A model generated the notes under the pieces. The model ran no database searches and was not told the origin of the DNA. It saw only the letters and a list, made by a program, of their open reading frames with translations. The position numbers were made by a program, and so were the translations under genes. Source: Terrimicrobiaceae bacterium (GTDB lineage Bacteria; Verrucomicrobiota; Verrucomicrobiia; Chthoniobacterales; Terrimicrobiaceae). Taken from it: a stretch of DNA of 64,000 nt. Position 1 is the first letter of the stretch, and the number at the start of each line of letters is the position of its first letter. Where the stretch lies: positions 1 to 64,000 of the forward strand of contig JBIIPZ010000004.1 of NCBI GenBank assembly GCA_044342325.1, given 5' to 3'. This document shows, one piece after another, positions 58,055-64,000 of this stretch.

Positions 58055-59551
58055 ATGAAATACATTCTCGCCCTCGACCAGGGAACCACGAGTTCGCGGT
58101 CAATCGTCTACGACGAGTTCCTGCAACCGGTCGCGTCCGCCCAGCGTGAGTTCACCCAGTATTTTCCCCAGCCCGGTTGGGTGGAGCATGATGCCTCGGA
58201 GATTTGGGACTCTATTGTTTCGACCGCCCGGGAAGCCGTGGTAAAGGCGGGAATCAAGCCGCAGGATATCGTTGCTGCAGGCATCACAAATCAGCGCGAG
58301 ACTGTGGTGGTCTGGGACCGCGCGACTGGCGAACCGGTGCATCCGGCCATAGTGTGGCAAGATCGGCGAACGGGGGAGTTCATGGATGAATTGCGCAGGG
58401 AGGGCAAGGAGGCACCCGTCCAGCAGCGCACGGGGCTTCTCCTCGATCCCTATTTTTCGGCGAGTAAAATCCAATGGATTCTGAGCAAGATTCCAAACGG
58501 TCACACACGCGCTCTTCTCGGCGAGTTGGCTGTCGGAACCATCGATAGCTGGCTCATCTATAAGCTCAGTGGTGGCAAATCCCATATCACGGATGTGAGC
58601 AACGCCTCGCGCACGATGCTCATGAACATTCGCCTCGGTTGTTGGGATTCCGAGCTATTGGCCCTTTTTGGAATTCCCGAAGCGGTTCTGCCCAAAATTG
58701 TCTCCAGTAGCGGCAGGTTGGCTGAGATCGATGCCTCGTTTTTGGGGCATTCGGTGCCGATTTGCAGCGCGATTGGCGACCAGCAGAGCGCGCTCTTCGG
58801 GCAACTTTGCACCAAACCAGGAATGGTGAAGTGCACCTATGGCACGGGATGCTTTTTATTGGTTTTTACTGGAACGGAGGCCATCGCGAGTTCGAATCGC
58901 CTTCTCACAACGGTGGCGTGGAGGATTGGTGATGGTCGCATGGAATACGCACTTGAGGGCAGCGTGTTCATGGGCGGAGCCTCGATCCAATGGCTTCGCG
59001 ATGGACTGGGAATCATCCGCTCCGCCCCCGAGGTCAATGAACTTGCCTCGCGCGTGCCGGACAGCGGCGGTGTCGTGCTTGTTCCCGCTTTCACTGGACT
59101 TGGAGCGCCGTATTGGGATTCTTCGGCGAGGGGCGCACTGCTTGGCATGACGCGTGGAACGACTGCCGCGCACATAGCCCGCGCTACGCTCGACGGCATC
59201 GCCTTTCAGGTGGCTGACCTCGTAGCCGCCATGGGAAAAGACTCCGCAAAAAAAATCACAACCCTCCGGGTGGATGGCGGCGCCTGTGCCAGCGACCTGC
59301 TCATGCAAACGCAGGCTGATATTCTTGGAGTCGCAGTCGAGCGTCCATCGAACATCGAAAGCACGGCCCTCGGTGCCGCGATGCTGGCGGGCCTCGGCGC
59401 TGGCATTTGGCCTGATATCGACGCCCTCTCTGCAATCCGAAATACGGAGCGCCTTTTCGAGGCTCAAACCCGGCCTCGTGACCGCAAAGCCAAACTGAAA
59501 ACCTGGAAGCGTGCTGTGAAGCGCGCTCAAAAATGGGAGACAAAGTCATGA
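58055..59551 (+). CDS. glpK: Glycerol kinase
   Basis: [35 protein letters not shown]. Confidence 0.96.
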   Translation: MKYILALDQGTTSSRSIVYDEFLQPVASAQREFTQYFPQPGWVEHDASEIWDSIVSTAREAVVKAGIKPQDIVAAGITNQRETVVVWDRATGEPVHPAIVWQDRRTGEFMDELRREGKEAPVQQRTGLLLDPYFSASKIQWILSKIPNGHTRALLGELAVGTIDSWLIYKLSGGKSHITDVSNASRTMLMNIRLGCWDSELLALFGIPEAVLPKIVSSSGRLAEIDASFLGHSVPICSAIGDQQSALFGQLCTKPGMVKCTYGTGCFLLVFTGTEAIASSNRLLTTVAWRIGDGRMEYALEGSVFMGGASIQWLRDGLGIIRSAPEVNELASRVPDSGGVVLVPAFTGLGAPYWDSSARGALLGMTRGTTAAHIARATLDGIAFQVADLVAAMGKDSAKKITTLRVDGGACASDLLMQTQADILGVAVERPSNIESTALGAAMLAGLGAGIWPDIDALSAIRNTERLFEAQTRPRDRKAKLKTWKRAVKRAQKWETKS

Positions 59552-61122
59552 ACCGAAAAAAACTACTGCAGCAAGTCGAACAAGCTCCCGAGTGGGATGT
59601 GGCCATTATTGGCGGTGGGGCTACTGGCCTGGGAGTGGCGGTGGATGCCGCCACGCGCGGCTTCCGCACAATCCTTCTCGAGGCCTCTGATTTTGCGAAA
59701 GGCACATCCAGCCGCAGCACCAAGCTCGTGCATGGCGGGGTTCGTTATCTCGAGCAGGGTGACATCCCGCTCGTCCTGGAGGCCCTGCGCGAACGCGGAC
59801 TCATGCACCGCAACGCGCCGCATCTCGTGCACCATCTCTCTTTCATCGTGCCGCGCTACCAGTGGTGGGAGGGACCATTTTTCGGCATCGGACTCAAAGT
59901 TTATGATGCCCTAGCTGGCAAGCTGAACCTTGCGCCGTCGCATTTGCTCTCGCGCGAGGAAACGATGGCACGGATTCCAAATATCGAGGCGGAGCACTTG
60001 CTTGGAGGCGTGGAGTATTTTGACGGGCAGTTCGACGATGCCCGACTAGCGATCACTCTGGCGCAAACGGCAGTTCATCACGGGGCCTGTGCGCTCAATC
60101 ACGCGCGTGTAACCGGCCTCGTAAAAACAGACGGCCTCGTGAGCGGTGTTCATTTCACGGATGTCGAAACTGGCCGCGACTATCAGGTCAAGGCCCGTGT
60201 GGTGGTGAATGCCACTGGCATTTTCAGCGACGAGATTCGTCTCATGGACGACGCCAAGGCTCAACGCGCCGTGCAGCCCAGCCAAGGTGTGCATTTGGTT
60301 TTTGACCGCTCTTTTTTACAGGGTGATTCAGCAGTCATGGTTCCCCACACGGACGATGGACGTGTTCTCTTTGTGATCCCGTGGCATGGCAAGGTGCTGG
60401 TTGGAACCACCGATACGCCGATGGATCATGCCGATCTGGAGCCACGTGCCTTGAAGGAGGAGATTGGTTTTATTCTGCGCAATGCCGCGCGGTATTTGGC
60501 CCGCGATCCAGAGGAAAAAGACATTCTTGCTGTGTTTGCAGGTCAGCGTCCGCTAGTTCGCCCACCTGGCAAGGATGGCACGGCGACGAAAGCGATTTCG
60601 AGGAATCACGAGGTTCTTGTTTCGAATGGCGGTTTGGTCACGATTGTCGGAGGAAAGTGGACGACTTACCGGCAAATGGCGGAGGACACGCTCGATAAAG
60701 CCATCACTCTCGCGGGTCTTGAAGATCGTCCATGCGTCACTGAAAATCTGCAACTGCACGGTTGGCGTAGTCCCAATGCGGAAGCTCTGCCGGATTGGCT
60801 TGCCGTTTATGGCAGTGAAGCAGTCGATGTGCTCACGCTTGTGCAGGAGGATGCCTCATTGGGAGAACTTCTGCACCCCCGCCTGCCTTACCAGATGGCG
60901 TCTGTCGTCCAAGCCGCCCGGCAAGAGCAGGCGCGCACGGTGGAGGATGTGCTTTCCCGCCGCACACGGGCGCTTCTTTTGGATGCCCGCGCTGCCATCG
61001 AGTCAGCTCCGAAGGTCGCCGTCTTGCTGGCCAAAGAACTTGGCCGCGACAAGGCTTGGGCGGAGGCTCAAGTGGCCGATTTCACCGAATTGGCCCAAGG
61101 CTACTTGCAGCCGGAATCTTGA
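59548..61122 (+). CDS. glpD: FAD-dependent glycerol-3-phosphate dehydrogenase
   Basis: [31 protein letters not shown]. Confidence 0.94.
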   Translation: MNRKKLLQQVEQAPEWDVAIIGGGATGLGVAVDAATRGFRTILLEASDFAKGTSSRSTKLVHGGVRYLEQGDIPLVLEALRERGLMHRNAPHLVHHLSFIVPRYQWWEGPFFGIGLKVYDALAGKLNLAPSHLLSREETMARIPNIEAEHLLGGVEYFDGQFDDARLAITLAQTAVHHGACALNHARVTGLVKTDGLVSGVHFTDVETGRDYQVKARVVVNATGIFSDEIRLMDDAKAQRAVQPSQGVHLVFDRSFLQGDSAVMVPHTDDGRVLFVIPWHGKVLVGTTDTPMDHADLEPRALKEEIGFILRNAARYLARDPEEKDILAVFAGQRPLVRPPGKDGTATKAISRNHEVLVSNGGLVTIVGGKWTTYRQMAEDTLDKAITLAGLEDRPCVTENLQLHGWRSPNAEALPDWLAVYGSEAVDVLTLVQEDASLGELLHPRLPYQMASVVQAARQEQARTVEDVLSRRTRALLLDARAAIESAPKVAVLLAKELGRDKAWAEAQVADFTELAQGYLQPES

Positions 61123-61127
61123 GGGTC

Positions 61128-61721
61128 TCAGTCGCTGAAGCCAGCGCGCACCTCGTTCACGCCATCCAGCGACAGCATTTTTGCAATCAAGACCGATGCT
61201 GTGCCGGAGTTGATCTTGGGGGGGAAACTCACGGTTGCCGTTCCGTTGTGAAATGTGACGGTTTGGTTGGCTGGGGCGGCGGCTAATTTTAAAAACGAAC
61301 GAAGCTTGCCGAGAACGATGGCTTCTTCGAAGAGCGAAGGTGCGGCGGTTTCGGCTGTGGATTTGCGAACCCGGATGCTTTTGCCATCAATGTCTGTGAC
61401 TGCAAAGGATGAGCGCAAACGCTCACTGACCTGCAACGAAAGTGGCTTGGACTGCGTTGGCGGAACGGGACCTGGTTGTTTCCGATCCTGCCGAGAAGGC
61501 AAAACCTTCGGCTTGGGTGCGGGCGCAACCGTCGAGCGCAATAGTGAGTCCTGAGCTTCGACTCTTGTGACCGTAACCCCAGACGGCGTCTGAGATCCCT
61601 TTTTCGTTTGGCAGGCACTCAAAAGCCCAAAGCAAACCAGAGTCCGGGCTGCTAAAGGCCCGGCTTTTCTCAACCATTGAAACGCAGGTGATGGTGACCG
61701 CTTGAAACGGTAGGCTCTCAT
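61128..61721 (-). CDS. Hypothetical (lipo)protein with a possible BON-like C-terminus
   Basis: LSAC lipobox-like; C-terminal ...NGTATV...SLDGVNEV. Confidence 0.5.
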   Translation of the reverse strand: MRAYRFKRSPSPAFQWLRKAGPLAARTLVCFGLLSACQTKKGSQTPSGVTVTRVEAQDSLLRSTVAPAPKPKVLPSRQDRKQPGPVPPTQSKPLSLQVSERLRSSFAVTDIDGKSIRVRKSTAETAAPSLFEEAIVLGKLRSFLKLAAAPANQTVTFHNGTATVSFPPKINSGTASVLIAKMLSLDGVNEVRAGFSD

Positions 61722-61803
61722 GCGAACAGGAGGCGGGATTTTTGTAAACCCGCAGGCAACTCGTGGGAATGGAAGGTCCGCCGCGCGAGGCGGCGGAGCC
61801 ATT

Positions 61804-61908
61804 CTACGACTTGTAGCGTAAACGCTTTTTGTGGCGGTTTTCTTTCATCCGCTTGCGGCGTTTGTGTTTTGCGATTTTTGACTTTCTCTTCTTTTTAATG
61901 GAACCCAT
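61804..61908 (-). CDS. 34-aa basic protein of the bS22/AURKAIP1-COX24 (mS38) type (not in ORF track)
   Basis: MGSIKKKRKSKIAKHKRRKRMKENRHKKRLRYKS*. Confidence 0.85.
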   Translation of the reverse strand: MGSIKKKRKSKIAKHKRRKRMKENRHKKRLRYKS

Positions 61909-61943
61909 GGGATTTCGGGACTGCGTTGTAAACTAATCTTGAA

Positions 61944-62822
61944 CTAATATACGACTTTGTTGAGTGGATACTCGATGATCCCTTCAGCGCCGAGATTTTT
62001 CAGGCTGGGAATGATCTCGCGCACGATTTTCTCTTCGATCACCGTTTCGATGGCGACCCATCCGGGTTGGGCCAAAGGCGAAACGGTAGGATTCCGTAAT
62101 GCGGGCAATGCCTCAAGCAATTTTTTCAAGCCGGACTCGGGAAGGTTCATTTTCAAGCCCACAAGATCTCTCGCGGCAAGGGCGCCTTTGAGGAGAAGCG
62201 CGAGGTGGCGAATCTTTTCCTGCTTCCATTCATTCGTCCATGCAGAGCTGTTCGCAAAGAGCGCGGGATAGGATTCCATGAGAGTGTCCACGATGCGGAG
62301 TTTGTTCGCGCGGAGCGAAGATCCGGTCTCTGTGATGTCCACAATGGCATCGACGAGATCGGGCACTTTAACTTCAGTGGCACCCCACGAAAATTCGACT
62401 TCAGCCTTCACTCCGGCGCGTTCGAAGAAGCGGCGGGTTATACCGACTGCTTCGGTCGCGACGCGCTTTCCATCAAGGTCGCGTGTTGTTTTGATCGGTG
62501 AATCCTCGGGCACGACGAGCACCCAGCGGGTCGGATTTGCGGTGGCCTTGCTGTAGGGAAGTTTGACGACCTCTTCGACCTCCGAGCCATTTTCTTCGAC
62601 CCAGTCATGTCCCGTGATGCCGCAGTCCAGATACCCGTGCTCGATGTAGCGGCTGATTTCCTGAGCGCGGAGAAGGCGGATGCGAAGCTCTGGGTCATCT
62701 ACCGAAGGACGGTAGGAGCGGCTGGAACCGGAAATCGCGTAGCCTGCTTTTGCAAAGAGCGCGATCGTCGGTTCCATGAGGCTGCCTGAGGGGAGGCCGA
62801 CTGTGAGAATTTTTTGTTCCAT
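61944..62822 (-). CDS. hisG: ATP phosphoribosyltransferase (long form)
   Basis: GLPSGSL, RAQEI, GATEVK, DITETGSSLRAN; C-terminal regulatory domain. Confidence 0.95.
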   Translation of the reverse strand: MEQKILTVGLPSGSLMEPTIALFAKAGYAISGSSRSYRPSVDDPELRIRLLRAQEISRYIEHGYLDCGITGHDWVEENGSEVEEVVKLPYSKATANPTRWVLVVPEDSPIKTTRDLDGKRVATEAVGITRRFFERAGVKAEVEFSWGATEVKVPDLVDAIVDITETGSSLRANKLRIVDTLMESYPALFANSSAWTNEWKQEKIRHLALLLKGALAARDLVGLKMNLPESGLKKLLEALPALRNPTVSPLAQPGWVAIETVIEEKIVREIIPSLKNLGAEGIIEYPLNKVVY

Positions 62823-62882
62823 GAGAAATAATGAGTCTAAAGTTTGCGACGGAATGCTGAAAAGCTCGGTTTTGCCAGCTGG

Positions 62883-63695
62883 TCAGATCGTTTGGGAGAG
62901 GAAGCCGCCATCGATGCGGATGTCCGTTCCGGTAATGAACGAACTGGCATTTGGGCTCGCGAGGAAAATAACGGCGCCGGAGAGTTCCTCGGCTTCGCCA
63001 AATCGAGCCATGGGCGTGTGGCCGAGAATCGCTGCGGCTCGCGGAGTCGTCGAGCCATCGGGATTGAAGAGGAGGCGGAGATTTTGTTCAGCTGGAAAGA
63101 ATCCGGGAGTAATGGAATTCACGCGCACGCCTGCGGTCGCCCACTCGCGAGCGAGGAAATTCGTGAGATTCAGAACGGCGGCCTTGGCTGCCGAGTAGGC
63201 CACCACGCGGGAGAGAGGAATGTGTGCGGAGGCGCTGGCGACATTGATGATGCTGCCTCGGCCGGCATCGACCATGGCTTGGCCGATCACTTGGCATGGA
63301 AGCAACGCGCCGCCGACGAGATTGAGATCGAAGCTCGAAGTCCAATCCTCAGCGGCGATCTGCGAGAATGGATTTTCAGGGGTCACAGTGACACGGGGGT
63401 CATTTCCACCGGCGGCATTGACCAGAACGGATGGAACTCCGAAGCGCTCTGTTGTTGCCTTGAGAAGCTCCTCAAGGCTCTCGCGGTCGGTAGCATCGCA
63501 TTCTATGAATGCCGCACGCCCGCCGGTTTTTTGGATTTCGGCTGAACGCTGGGCACCGCGCTCCGCATTGCGTCCGGCCACCACTACGGTGGCTCCGGCG
63601 GAGGCGAGGGCGATTGCCATGCTGCCGCCAAGGACGCCTGTTGCGCCGATGACCACAGCGACTTCTTCGGAGAGATCAAAAAGGTTTGTTGCCAT
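62883..63695 (-). CDS. SDR oxidoreductase (sugar-acid dehydrogenase-like)
   Basis: GATGVLG, NAAGGN, YSAAK, PGFFPAEQN. Confidence 0.88.
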   Translation of the reverse strand: MATNLFDLSEEVAVVIGATGVLGGSMAIALASAGATVVVAGRNAERGAQRSAEIQKTGGRAAFIECDATDRESLEELLKATTERFGVPSVLVNAAGGNDPRVTVTPENPFSQIAAEDWTSSFDLNLVGGALLPCQVIGQAMVDAGRGSIINVASASAHIPLSRVVAYSAAKAAVLNLTNFLAREWATAGVRVNSITPGFFPAEQNLRLLFNPDGSTTPRAAAILGHTPMARFGEAEELSGAVIFLASPNASSFITGTDIRIDGGFLSQTI

Positions 63696-63784
63696 ATATC
63701 TGGCCACTAAAAACAAAGCCGCCTGCGCCCGCACGGTTTTTTTTGACTTGGAGTCGCGGATGCAGCGGTAAAAATACGCTGCTC

Positions 63785-64000
63785 ATGTTGAAAGATACGC
63801 AAAACGAACGGGACGAGCGGCGCATGCCGATCGATCGTGTGGGAGTGAAGTCTCTGCGCTACCCGCTGCAGGTGCGCGACAAGGAGCACTCTGTTCAAAG
63901 CACGGTCGCTACCATTCAGCTCACGGTCGACCTGCCGCATCATTTCAAAGGCACCCACATGAGTCGATTCATCGAGGTTCTCTCGGAACATGGTCCCGTG
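63785..64000 (+). CDS. folE2: GTP cyclohydrolase FolE2 (partial, runs off the window)
   Basis: MLKDTQ...IDRVGVKSLRYP...VDLPHHFKGTHMSRFIEVL. Confidence 0.9.
   Translation, partial: MLKDTQNERDERRMPIDRVGVKSLRYPLQVRDKEHSVQSTVATIQLTVDLPHHFKGTHMSRFIEVLSEHGPV

Noticed and set aside
1..64000. tRNA, rRNA or riboswitch genes
   Set aside because: None recognised by eye in the short intergenic regions; a covariance-model scan would be needed to exclude them.

Overview
GC-rich bacterial chromosomal window; gene content and intergenic repeats suggest Verrucomicrobiota (inference, no marker gene present). The left ~3 kb is accessory. It holds a tyrosine-recombinase plus IS91-family HUH-transposase element, with an in-frame stop and a frameshift, ending in a 64-bp attC-like hairpin. 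That end abuts an integron-style lipoprotein cassette (GTTCGGC...GCCGAAC) with an attI-like site and a near-consensus sigma70 promoter, but no IntI integrase is visible. Next come a heme-copper oxidase operon lacking subunit II, and a yceD-rpmF-plsX-fabH-nos-ctpA-tsaD run containing an oxygenase-only nitric oxide synthase. The middle carries an OprB porin, a DevBCA-like exporter, a PLD-chrA-chrA operon, queF, a Phd-VapC pair, and a nuoG-purD operon with two apparent pseudo-enzymes. A decaying toxin-antitoxin/Rpn patch is bracketed by a duplicated gene 3' end. The right part has an MsbA-like exporter, a rhamnose-to-lactate (rhaEW/deoR/rhaB/lutABC) locus, uvrA, glpFKD, a bS22-like small protein, hisG and a partial folE2. 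No rRNA, tRNA or CRISPR array was recognised. All calls come from reading motifs by eye; no database searches were run.
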